Assembly: GCA_963755915.1 (NCBI GenBank)
Contig: CAVWLP010000002.1
Coordinates: 1,088,001-1,152,000 of the forward strand
Length of the DNA stretch: 64,000 bases
Origin: an uncultured Phycisphaerales bacterium
GTDB taxonomy: Bacteria; Planctomycetota; Phycisphaerae; Tepidisphaerales; Tepidisphaeraceae
Direction of reading: 5' to 3'
Made by a program: the position numbers and the translations under genes. The notes beneath the pieces are model-generated. The model was not told the DNA's origin, did not search any database, and was given only the letters and a program-made list of their open reading frames with translations. Below, one piece after another: positions 10,979 through 20,463 of this stretch (within the stretch, counting starts at the first letter, position 1; each line of letters begins with the position of its first letter).

Positions 10979-11760
10979 GTGATGTCCACGTCCAGCTTTT
11001 CCGACTTCGATTCATCGAACCATCCGCAGGGAGGCCCGCGTAAAAAGGGGGATCTGCGACGCCTGAAAAAGAAAATCGACAAGGCGATCCTGACCCACGA
11101 AAAATGGATCGAGGATCTCGAAGACATCGGGTGGAAATTGAAACTGATGGAGGATCAAGGCGCGTCGGAACCGCCCACAAACGGGCCAACCACCGCAGCC
11201 TCGGATCATCCGAATGATCCTCGGCCGATCATTTCTCGGATTTCGATAGATTTTCTGGAGAACGGCAAGGCGCGGGTAAAAATCGACGATCATCGGCCTT
11301 TTGAAGCCCCCAAGTATGAGGCGCAACTCCTTTGTGAGCTTGTAAAAAACGACAGTCTGGACCCGCAGGATCGCGCCTGAGAGACGGCCTGGTGGATTTG
11401 AAGTCGCTGAAAGCACATTTACTCCCTGCGGCGCGAAGCGGCGACCAGGAGTGCAGCGAACGTGCGATGATCCAGAGAATCTGCCGGTTGCGAACGATTC
11501 TCTTGAAGGCGGGCTTTGATGGTCGATTGATCGAGCGGCAGGCCCGATCTTACCGGCTGCGGCTTCGCCGCCAGCCACCCATGCTTTTCGCCCAGATCGG
11601 CCAGCCGCCGATCGAAGGGGCGCAACCGGCGCTGCCGGGGTCCCAAGCCCGGTTCATTGAAAGCCCGGCAAGCCGGCGCGCCAGGGCCGGGCGCCTGGTC
11701 TTTGCGGATTTGGGCATTTTTCTCCGCTTTTTCGTCAGCCGGACATATCCTTTCGGCTGA
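10979..11760 (+). CDS. Hypothetical protein with a C-terminal winged-helix (OmpR-effector-like) region, split by a frameshift at ~11375-11390
   Basis: ORF 10979-11380 (…EAQLLCELV) continues into 11392-11760 (…IQRICRLRTILLKAG…LIER…SYRLRL). The joined sequence fits a wHTH pattern. Confidence 0.5.
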
Positions 11761-11764
11761 CGAA
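11731..11764. promoter_or_regulatory. Perfect 11-bp inverted repeat immediately before the ECF sigma start
   Basis: TTCGTCAGCCG-N12-CGGCTGACGAA, with the ATG at 11768. Confidence 0.55.
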
Positions 11765-11767
11765 GTA

Positions 11768-13000
11768 ATGCCTATCGGCGATGACCAGCTTCTGCGGGAG
11801 TATGCGCTCACACGCTCGGAAACCGCATTTGCGGAGCTGGCCGCGCGTCATCTCAATTGGGTGCACTCGGCGGCGGCGAGAATGCTCGGCGACTCGCACG
11901 AGGCCCAGGACGTCACCCAGGCCGTTTTTCTGCTGCTCGCCCAGCAGCCGCGCAAGGCCATCGATAAGCCGCTGGCAAGCTGGCTGTTTCAGGTCCTGCG
12001 CTACAACGTGGCCAACGCCCGCCGCGCCCAGGGACGCCGAAAGAAGCATGAGCAGGAGGCCGCAATCATGGGGCCGTTATCTTTCGATCAGGGGGAGGAG
12101 CGGCTTTGGGAACACTTGGCCCCACAGCTCGATGAGCTGATTGCCCGCCTCCGATCGGGGCAGCGAGAGGCACTTCTGATGCGTTTCTATCAAGGCAAGT
12201 CGATGGCGGAAATTGGGGAGTCTCTAAAAATTACGGAAGATGCCGCAAGAAAACGCGTTTCCGGCGCGGTGGACCAGCTCCGAAAGATGTTCCGCGTCCA
12301 GGGCACTGCGGCACCGGCGGCGGCGCTCAGCGCGGTCCTCCTGGCCCAAACCACCAAAACCGCCCCGGCAGCGCTGGGGGCCGCGGTTGCCCAGCTTAGC
12401 ACCTCGCCCCCCGCTTCGATCATCAGCCTCGCGAACATGGTGCGGCGGATGATGCTTCTCAGCAAAATAAAAATCACGGGGCTTATCGTGCTCCTGGCCG
12501 CCCTGATTCCCGCGGCCGCGACGGTTTCCCTCGATTTGGCCATGAAAACGCCCAGCGAGAGTGCATCGCCCCCGCCCTCAATTCCCGCGTCAATCCCCCC
12601 GGTGGCTGCTCCAACAGGTCTGGAAGTTCCATTCCAGCTCGGCTACACGGAGTTTCTTCAGGGCGATGCGATAACCATCACCAGCGTGCGCGGCACCAAC
12701 AGCGCAATCGCTCCGGGAAATATCTACACCGTTACGGGAACCTATGAGCTGAATTCCCAACCACGGGCGATGGTGGCGATCTATACCTCCTCGTTTCCAG
12801 GCCAAAGCCCGGTAAGCTCCGGACCCTTTGGGAATAACAGTGTCACGATCAATGCGGGAAAAGGAACATTCTCGCTGGAATTGCTCATGCGAACCGACGG
12901 ATATCCGCATGTGAGTTTTTATCCGGCGGGTGGAGGATCATCATTCGGGGGCACGTACTTCGGAACCGGAAAATATCTTTATGCCCCAACGGCTCATTAG
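11768..13000 (+). CDS. ECF sigma-70 factor with C-terminal extension (TM helix, Pro linker, extracytoplasmic beta domain)
   Basis: DDQLLREY…AFAELAARH, AQDVTQAVFLLLA, sigma4 REALLMRFYQGKSMAEIG..L.ITEDAARKRV, and TM segment IKITGLIVLLAALIPAAATV. Confidence 0.92.
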   Translation: MPIGDDQLLREYALTRSETAFAELAARHLNWVHSAAARMLGDSHEAQDVTQAVFLLLAQQPRKAIDKPLASWLFQVLRYNVANARRAQGRRKKHEQEAAIMGPLSFDQGEERLWEHLAPQLDELIARLRSGQREALLMRFYQGKSMAEIGESLKITEDAARKRVSGAVDQLRKMFRVQGTAAPAAALSAVLLAQTTKTAPAALGAAVAQLSTSPPASIISLANMVRRMMLLSKIKITGLIVLLAALIPAAATVSLDLAMKTPSESASPPPSIPASIPPVAAPTGLEVPFQLGYTEFLQGDAITITSVRGTNSAIAPGNIYTVTGTYELNSQPRAMVAIYTSSFPGQSPVSSGPFGNNSVTINAGKGTFSLELLMRTDGYPHVSFYPAGGGSSFGGTYFGTGKYLYAPTAH

Positions 13001-13012
13001 CGGAGGTAAACG

Positions 13013-14421
13013 ATGTCACAGCTCAATGTGCGATTCGGAATCTGCCTGGCGCTTCTCATTTTGTGCGCCTCGCTGGCCAGGGCGGATGACGCGGCGTTTC
13101 CCTATCTCGTAAATGCCGCCGAAGGCGCAGGCGTCTTCCGCAGCGGCGATCAGATCGCCCTCACCTCGGTGCGCGGCACCTCCGCCCAGTTTGCCGCCGG
13201 CAACACGTACGAAATTCAGGGCAAATACCGCCTGCTGTCCAATCAGCAGGCGACCCTGAGCGCCGACGTCGTCGCCCCCAACGGCAATGCTCCGACGCTA
13301 ACCGCCCAGCAGTCGATCAACCTGAACCAGGGCTCGGGCGATTTCACGCTCGTTCTTCCCTATGCTTTTGACGGCCGGCCCCGAATTCGCCTCACGACCG
13401 CCGACGCCGGCTCCGACGCCATCGGCTCTGTCCAGCTCATCGCCGGCAAATTCCCCTACTCCATCGATTTCAAGGGCGATGCGCCCCAGTTCAACCCCGG
13501 CGATAATCTCGCCATCTCCGAAATCCGCTGCTCGACCCCGACCATCCGGCCTGGAAGCGTGCTTCAAATCACCGGCATGTTCAATCTCGCTTCCGCCGAC
13601 CAGGCCCGGCTCGCCCCCGTCCTTTCCGACTTCCCCCCGCAAAACCCGCAGAGTCCCGATCAGTTTGTGAATATCCAGCGGGGCCGGGGCAGCTTCGTCC
13701 TGGTTCTGCCTGTCTCCTCCCTCGGCAAACTGCATCTGCTCATTTGGCCCAGCGGCGGCGGCGAAGTGATCGGCAGCCTGACGCTGCGGCTGGGCCGATC
13801 CAAGCTCGGGGCACCCGCCCATCCCACGCCCGCGGCGGCGATCGAATCCCCAAGCTCCAATGTCATCAACCTGAACATGGGCACGAACGTCAGTATCGAC
13901 AGCAACGGATGGGTGCAGGTCCCAAGCGGGCCGCCGCTTCCCAATTTCAATTACAAGGTTCCGTTTCAACTCGGCTGGAGTTATTTCCCCCCGGGCGACG
14001 GCATTAAAATCGCCCAGGTATTTGGCACCAAGCCGACGATCCAGATCGGTGGCATGTACCTCATCCGTGGCACTTACACCCTGAAATCCGCTTCGCAGGC
14101 CCTGCTCGCTACGTGGGTGACAGTTGATAATTATTCCAAATCATGGGCGCGAGTGCCATTCCCCAGCAGTGCTACACCGTGAACGCGGGTACGGCCAATT
14201 ACATCCTCGTCCTCCCCGTGAACCAGCCCGGCTGGCCGCATGTCGCCTTTTACCCCGCGCCCGGCGGCGGCGAGGTTTTCGGCACCCAGTATTTCGGCAC
14301 GGGAGACACCGTGATGCAGTCCCCCGACCCGAACAATCCGCCGGAAGACATCTGCGTGAACAACACGATCTCAATCACGCAAACCATGTCCGCCAGCCCC
14401 ATACCGCCGGCGCGGCATTAG
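13013..14421 (+). CDS. Secreted protein with three copies of a beta-rich domain (frameshift ~14145)
   Basis: Signal peptide ending ARA-D. Three repeats of F..GD.I.I..V.G….G..Y.I.G.Y.L.S…A.L. The third repeat is completed in ORF 14143-14421. Confidence 0.8.
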
Positions 14422-15119
14422 TCGGAAAGCGCGAACACCCGGAATTCGCGGATCTGCATGTGGTTCTTCGTCGTGCGGAAGGCGAACCAGCCGGAGGTGT
14501 AAGGCTGCGAATCGTTGAAATCGAAGATGAGCTTTCCATCGTGGTAATATTGGATGGTTGAGCCGTCCGCGATGAGCTGAATGAGCTGCGTCTTGTTCGG
14601 CTGAATCATGTCGGATGGATCGCGCAGGTCAAATCGCGGCAAAAGGGGGCGCTGGACGGGGTCGCCGATGTAGCGGCGAAAACGCGTGGTCGTGTTGCCG
14701 TTGCCGCCGAGACCGACGTAGTAGGTGAGGAGCTGGTTGTAATCCGCAAATTTTCCCGATCGATGCACGGCGAAAATGCTTTGCGGGTTTCGCGAATCGC
14801 GGGCCATCCAGAAGCAGTTGAGATCGCTGACGCGATCATTGGGCCCGCCGGCGGAGATCACCGTGGCTTCGTACTGAATCATCAGCGGGCCGTGGAGAAG
14901 GGACTTGAACCAGACGCTTGCCCCGGCGGGAACGTCGATCTCCATTTTGCCGTTTTGTTCCGTGACGCTGCCGCCGTTTTCCAGTTCGGGGAGCCACTGG
15001 CCGGAGGGGCTGTTGAAATCGTCGCTATAGAGAAGATTGCCCCGGTGGAATTGGGCGGAGGGCGCCGCGCAGGTGCAGCCAAGCAGTGCCGTCATCAGAA
15101 CGAGCCCGAGAATCCGCAT
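14418..15119 (-). CDS. DUF6250 domain protein (ConA-like fold), exported
   Basis: LYSDDF, DRVSDLNCFWMA.D, YYVGLGGNGNTTTRFRRY, PYTSGWFAFRT. Confidence 0.8.
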   Translation of the reverse strand: MRILGLVLMTALLGCTCAAPSAQFHRGNLLYSDDFNSPSGQWLPELENGGSVTEQNGKMEIDVPAGASVWFKSLLHGPLMIQYEATVISAGGPNDRVSDLNCFWMARDSRNPQSIFAVHRSGKFADYNQLLTYYVGLGGNGNTTTRFRRYIGDPVQRPLLPRFDLRDPSDMIQPNKTQLIQLIADGSTIQYYHDGKLIFDFNDSQPYTSGWFAFRTTKNHMQIREFRVFALSD

Positions 15120-15129
15120 CTAACGTCTT

Positions 15130-16008
15130 TTACTGCCCATCGGAATCTGTTTCCAATTGCTTGAGCACCTGGTCAAACCGCTGCCAACCGCTGGCGCCCA
15201 GGCCGCCCTGGGCTTTGTTCCAATAGCCGTTCAGCAACTGCCAGGTCGCGCTGCTGCGGGTGCTGCAAACATGGCCGTCGGGATAGAGCATGTTAAACAC
15301 CGGCGTACCGGGGTGGCTCGGATCGGTGTGGGCGGTCCACTGGATGCTCTTGAGCTGCTCGACCGCGAGGACAGGCCGGCGGCCGGTGAAATCGGTATAT
15401 CCGGTTTCGGTGGGGTAAACATTGGTCGGTACGGTCCCGCGAATGTCCACAAGCTTGTGGTAGAGCACATCGGGATACAGAATCGCGGGGTTGGTCAGAT
15501 CGGTATGGTGCGGATTGAACATGTATGACACGTAGTAATCGTCGTTTGGGTTGGAAAGAAATGGCTGGGGGTAGGCGGTGAAATTGAAGCCGTTGTCGCG
15601 CTGGGCGGGGCAATAAAAAACCCTGGGGTCCCGGATGTAACTTTGGGAGTAGAGGAGCCCGATGGCATAGGTGGGATGGACAATGGTGGTCCCGTCTATT
15701 GTGGCCACGCCGCCTGGGATGGGGGGGCCACTGTGATCCCAGACATAGAAAGTGTCGCCGTAGTAGCCGTAGTTGGCACTCGCGGAGAGGGGTTGGTCGC
15801 CGTCGAGTCGGATGGGAAGATATCCGGCGTAATCGTTGGAATAGTTGATGGTGGCGGTTCCGATTTGCCGCATATTGCTGGCGCACTGGACTAAGATCGC
15901 CTGCTGGCGGGCGCGGGTGAGGGCGGGGAGCAAAATTCCGACCAAAACGGCGATAATTCCAATAACGACCAAGAGCTCGACCAATGTGAACCCACGATGG
16001 TTTTTCAT
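15130..16008 (-). CDS. DUF1559-type pseudopilin (prepilin N-terminal cleavage/methylation domain, H-X9-DG-like motif)
   Basis: [30 protein letters not shown]…[21 protein letters not shown]. Confidence 0.92.
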   Translation of the reverse strand: MKNHRGFTLVELLVVIGIIAVLVGILLPALTRARQQAILVQCASNMRQIGTATINYSNDYAGYLPIRLDGDQPLSASANYGYYGDTFYVWDHSGPPIPGGVATIDGTTIVHPTYAIGLLYSQSYIRDPRVFYCPAQRDNGFNFTAYPQPFLSNPNDDYYVSYMFNPHHTDLTNPAILYPDVLYHKLVDIRGTVPTNVYPTETGYTDFTGRRPVLAVEQLKSIQWTAHTDPSHPGTPVFNMLYPDGHVCSTRSSATWQLLNGYWNKAQGGLGASGWQRFDQVLKQLETDSDGQ

Positions 16009-16183
16009 TTTACGTGACTCCTTCGGAGCAAAGCGGCTTTGGTCCCTGTAAATGGGAACCCGATTGCGTACTGATTGAAGTTTCGAGAACCCCGAAAAAC
16101 AGCGGCTCAAACCGCGTTTCGTGACAGTCGCCCGCAACAACAAAAGCAGCGATATCTGAAGCGAAAGCTATACATCTCTAATT

Positions 16184-16240
16184 ACGGTAGGATTTGTAGG
16201 AATAGCCGTCAATCGGATTTTAAAAGTTGTCCAACCAATT
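16184..16240 (-). promoter_or_regulatory. Sigma70 promoter plus FadR/GntR-type operator upstream of the DUF1559 gene
   Basis: TTGACG-17-TACCGT (16212-16184). AATTGGTTGGACAACTT (16240-16224) resembles AATTGGTnnnACCAATT. Confidence 0.5.
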
Positions 16241-16261
16241 GTGCGCCAGAGGCTTATATAT

Positions 16262-18198
16262 TTATGCGGCGACGCTGACGCCGCTGGGGGTCTCGAACAG
16301 ATCGAGGGCGGGGCATGGGCCGTTCATACACCATTGGTCGCGACGAATGATCGAATGAACCGGGGAAATGTTGGTGAGAATCGCCGCGTCGAATTGGAGT
16401 TCTCGGGCGGCCGAGTCATCAATGACGGGGATACCTTGATACCTTCGTCCGGGTTTGGCCAGATTGGCGTCGGCGACGGCGACGATTTGCAGATTCAAAG
16501 CCCGGGCGGCACGCCAGAAGGCATAAATATTTTTGCCGACATCCACAAGGAGAACGCGGTGAAGGTTTCGATCGCGGGCGACGGTCGCCATGCGACATTG
16601 GATTTCGTCGATCATCGCAAACTTCTCAAACGCGCCCTGTGAGATCTCGCGGCGCTTGCCGGGGAGGAGGGATTTGGCGATTCCTTCAACGAGCCCTTGC
16701 CAGAATGCAAAGCGGTGTGGCCAGGGTTTGGTTTGCGCCATCCAGTGATATCGGCGCATCCAGTCGACGGCATAGGCCCGCCGATATTCGCGCGGAAACC
16801 GGCGGGAGACGACCAGGAAATTGTTCCGGGCGTCAAGGCGCGTGGTGCGCGTGGGCTGGCGGGCGCTGGGGGTTTTCAGGTGGGTGACGCGAAGGTCTTC
16901 GAACCGCCCGATGTTCCACCCGGCGTCGAGAAGGCGAAGGGAAAGGTCGTATTCCTCGGCCTGCATGAAAAAATCGTCGGGCAGGCCGCCAGTTTGGATA
17001 AGCGCCTCGCGGCGGAAGCCCGTCCCGCAGCCGATGAATACGGCCGGAAACGCGCTGCATTCGCGCGAGCCATCCGGGAGATGCACGTTGAAGATGGCGG
17101 CGCCCAGCGAAGGATCGCCTCGGAAATGATCGATCATTTTTCCGATCGACGCGGCGTCGGGATAGGAGTCGTCGTCGAGGAAGACGACGTACTGCCCGGT
17201 GGTCATCGCGAGGGCAAGATTTTTGCGCACGCGCCGAGATTCTTCGGGAGGCGTTTGAGCGTTACTTCGGGATATTCATGCTGGACGATTTCGGCGGTTC
17301 CATCCGTGCTGGCGTTATCGACGACGATCGTTTCGGTCGTGAACTGCTGGCTTTGGATGTTTCGTAGCTTGTCGAGCGTATTGAGCAGCGCGGTTTTCCG
17401 ATTGTAGCTTGAGATGAGAAACGAGACCTTCGGCGGCTGTAGCCGCAGGCCATTCAGCGTGCAGGGGCGATTGGGTTCGAAATCATTTCGGAGATGGTTT
17501 TTTTCGGGAAGATTCCACTTTGCAAAGAGCTTTGCGTTGTCTTCCCGGCCGCGGGCGGTGTCCTCGGCCCGGCGATCGTCTTCGTGCTGGTCGTGATCGA
17601 TAAAGCACCCGTGGGCAGGCTCGATTCGCAGGCCGGCATTCCAGGCCTTCAGGGAAAGGTCGGGGTCGGCGGCGTAAAAGTAGAATCGCTCGTCGAAATA
17701 CCCCAGCTTTTCGTAAGTTTCGCGCCGGCCGATCGGGAAATTGGCGTACAGTGTTCCGCGCACGTGGCAGAGGCGAAAGACCCGCCCGTCGTGCGTCGTT
17801 TCGCAGGCGACGTTTCGCTCGCCCGCGAAGCGATGGAACATGGCCAGGAATGCCACGTCCGGCGAAACGGAATCGATCTGCCGAACGGCTTCGTCAAGCG
17901 TCCCGGGCAGCGGCCGCGCATCGTCGTTCAGCCAGATCATGTTACGCCCGGTGGCGGCGCGGAAGCCTTTGTTCGCGGCGCGAACGAACCCTTCCCGCCG
18001 CGTTTCGCGGATGACGATGAGTTGGCCGCCGAAGAGCCTGCCAAATTCATCCAGCACCTGCGGCGTGCCGTCTGTGCTCGCCCCGTCGACGACGATAATT
18101 TCCATCTCGCAGCACACGTCCTCATGCAAACGCTGGAGAAGGTCCCGAAGCATTTCGCAGCGGTTGCAGGTGGGGATGACGATGGAGAGGTCTGTCAT
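16262..18198 (-). CDS. Double GT2 glycosyltransferase with a C-terminal Rossmann-like domain (frameshift ~17225)
   Basis: LSIVIPTCNR…IIVVDGASTDGT…WLNDD; second domain VSFLISSYNR…IVVDNASTDGT…VFLDDDS…EEYDL. Confidence 0.88.
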
Positions 18199-18199
18199 T

Positions 18200-19333
18200 T
18201 CACGCCGCCTTTTTGGCCGCGAAGCAGCGCACCGCGTAGCCGTAGGCACGGGTAATCGTCTTGAGAAAGTTGTCCGGCGTAAGTTGCCGGACGCGATATC
18301 TGCCCCGGCTGACAAGCGTTTGCCGCAGGCGATCGTCCTCCGCCAGATGGCGCATCGCCCGGGCCATCTCCGGAACGCTGGTCGGGTCGAAGAGAAGCCC
18401 GGCGTTGCCGACCTGCTCCGCCAGGCTCGTCGCGATGGAGCTCGCAACCGGGCAGTCGCAGGCCATCGCTTCCATGATGGGGATGCTCCAGGCTTCGTAT
18501 TCGCTCGGGAAAACCAGTGCCGTAGCCAGGTGATACAGGGCGATAAGGTCTTCCGTGCTGACGCGGCCGAGATGGCGCACGCCGGGAGCGAGCTCGAGCG
18601 ATTCCGAGCCGCCTCCGGTGAGGACCAGCTGCGCCCCGGGAATCCCTGCCAGCGTGAACGCTTCGATCAGCCGGCGATGATTCTTATGCGGCCAAACCGC
18701 GGCGGGATAGAGGAAAAAAGTCGGCGGGAGCTCAAATCGCCCACGGATTTCCTCCAAATTATTCGGCCACCCGAAAAAGGCAGACTCGAAAATATCCGGG
18801 GTCACAAAAATCTTTGACGCCTCAACGTCGAGCTGTTCGCACAAGTCGTCGCGGATGAAATTGCTGCCGGCGATCAGTGCATCCGCCCGCCGGCCGGACG
18901 CAACCCACCATTTTTCCCGGCCGGCAATTTCTTCCGCCGAGAAATATTGCGGGAAGCGGCGATGCTGGAGATCGTGAAGATTCAGCACCACCGGCAGGTC
19001 CAGATCGATCGGATTGATCGTGTTACCGGGGAAATGAACCACATCGACGCCGCGGCAATGCAGCGCCTCGGCCTTCCGCCGCTGAAAATCGCCCAGGGCG
19101 GTTTGATCGCCGGATGGTGACCACGCGCCAATCGGCCTCTCGATCAGCACCAATTCGGTCTTCGCATCGCCAAATCGCTCGAAAACCGAGCGGTTTTCCG
19201 CGCGGACGAGAAGAATCAGCTTCTCCGCCGGAGATTGCGGCAGCTTCAGCGCCTCAACCAACCCCAGTGTGTAATTTTCGATTCCCCCAACCTTGCCGGG
19301 CAGAATGCAGTGCGTATCGACGGCGATGATCAT
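18200..19333 (-). CDS. GT4 (family 1) glycosyltransferase
   Basis: GGIENY, LHDLQH, LYPAAVWPHKN, LVFPSEYEAWSIPIMEAMAC. Confidence 0.9.
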   Translation of the reverse strand: MIIAVDTHCILPGKVGGIENYTLGLVEALKLPQSPAEKLILLVRAENRSVFERFGDAKTELVLIERPIGAWSPSGDQTALGDFQRRKAEALHCRGVDVVHFPGNTINPIDLDLPVVLNLHDLQHRRFPQYFSAEEIAGREKWWVASGRRADALIAGSNFIRDDLCEQLDVEASKIFVTPDIFESAFFGWPNNLEEIRGRFELPPTFFLYPAAVWPHKNHRRLIEAFTLAGIPGAQLVLTGGGSESLELAPGVRHLGRVSTEDLIALYHLATALVFPSEYEAWSIPIMEAMACDCPVASSIATSLAEQVGNAGLLFDPTSVPEMARAMRHLAEDDRLRQTLVSRGRYRVRQLTPDNFLKTITRAYGYAVRCFAAKKAA

Positions 19334-19343
19334 GGCAAAGCTC

Positions 19344-20463
19344 TTAAGCCGCGGAGCGCGCCTGCTGCTGCGCCGCGTCCGCAAGTTCGTCGATCACCCG
19401 CTGCTGCTGCGCGGAGGTCATTCCAAAGAAGATCGGCAGGTCCAAAACCTGCGCAAGCCTCTTCGGCGATGGTACACGGGTCCGCGTCGAACTGCTGCAT
19501 GATCGGCTGCGAATAAAGCGGAATCGGATAGCACACGCGCGTTTCGATCCCGCGCTCTTTCAGCCGGGCCGCGACGTAATCGCGATCATTCAGCAGGATC
19601 GGAATCAGAAAATAGCTGCTGACTCCCCCCGGAATGCCCGGGGGCATGGCCAGGCCGATCTGGCGCAGGCTCACTTCATATCGCGCCACCAGTTGGCATC
19701 GCTGCTCCAAGATCGAATCAATCTTACGAAGCTGCGCGATTCCGATGGCAGCCTGGAGCTCTGTCATGCGCGAATTATTGCCAAGCTCGATGTGATAATA
19801 CTTCCGCTTCGGGTCTTCGCCCTGCGAGCGGATCATTCTCATGCGCCGGGCCAGAGCTTCGTCATCCGTGAAAACCATCCCCCCTTCGACGGTCGTCAGG
19901 GTTTTCGCAGCGTGAAAGCTGGCGGTGGAAACCTGCCCATAAGAAAGCGACGGCCGCCCGCGGAACTGAGTGCCGAAGCTTTGCGCGCCGTCGAGAATCA
20001 AGGGGATTTTGTGCCGCTGTGTGAGGCGTTCCAATTCCGTGAAATCGCACGGAAAACCGCCGTAATCCGTGCAGATGATTCCCGCCGTGCGCGGCGTGAT
20101 CGCCGCCGCGGCCATCATCGGGTCGAGCCCAAGGTTCCGTCGGTCGATATCGCAGAAAACCGGCGTCGCCCCCTGCATCGCGACCGAAGAGGCCGTGGCA
20201 ATGTACGAAAACGCCGGGACGATCACCTCGTCTCCCCGCCCAATGCGAAGGCTCTTCAGCGCCACGTCGAGCGCCGAAGTGCCGTTGGTGACGGCGACCG
20301 CGAATTTCCTGCCGGCACGGATCGCCATCGCCTCTTCAAACTGGGCGACGCGCGGCCCGCTGCTCAGCCAGCCGCTGGCCATGCAGGCGATCACTTCCTT
20401 CATTTCTTCATCGTCGATCGCCGGCCGCGCCCAGGGGATGGGCTCGGGGTTGGTTTCCATCAT
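19344..20463 (-). CDS. DegT/DnrJ/EryC1/StrS aminotransferase (frameshift ~19450)
   Basis: SGWLSSGP.V..FE, NGTSAL, ILDGAQSFG, SFHAAKTLTTVEGG. The corrected C-terminus is VLDLPIFFGMT…ARSAA*. Confidence 0.9.
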
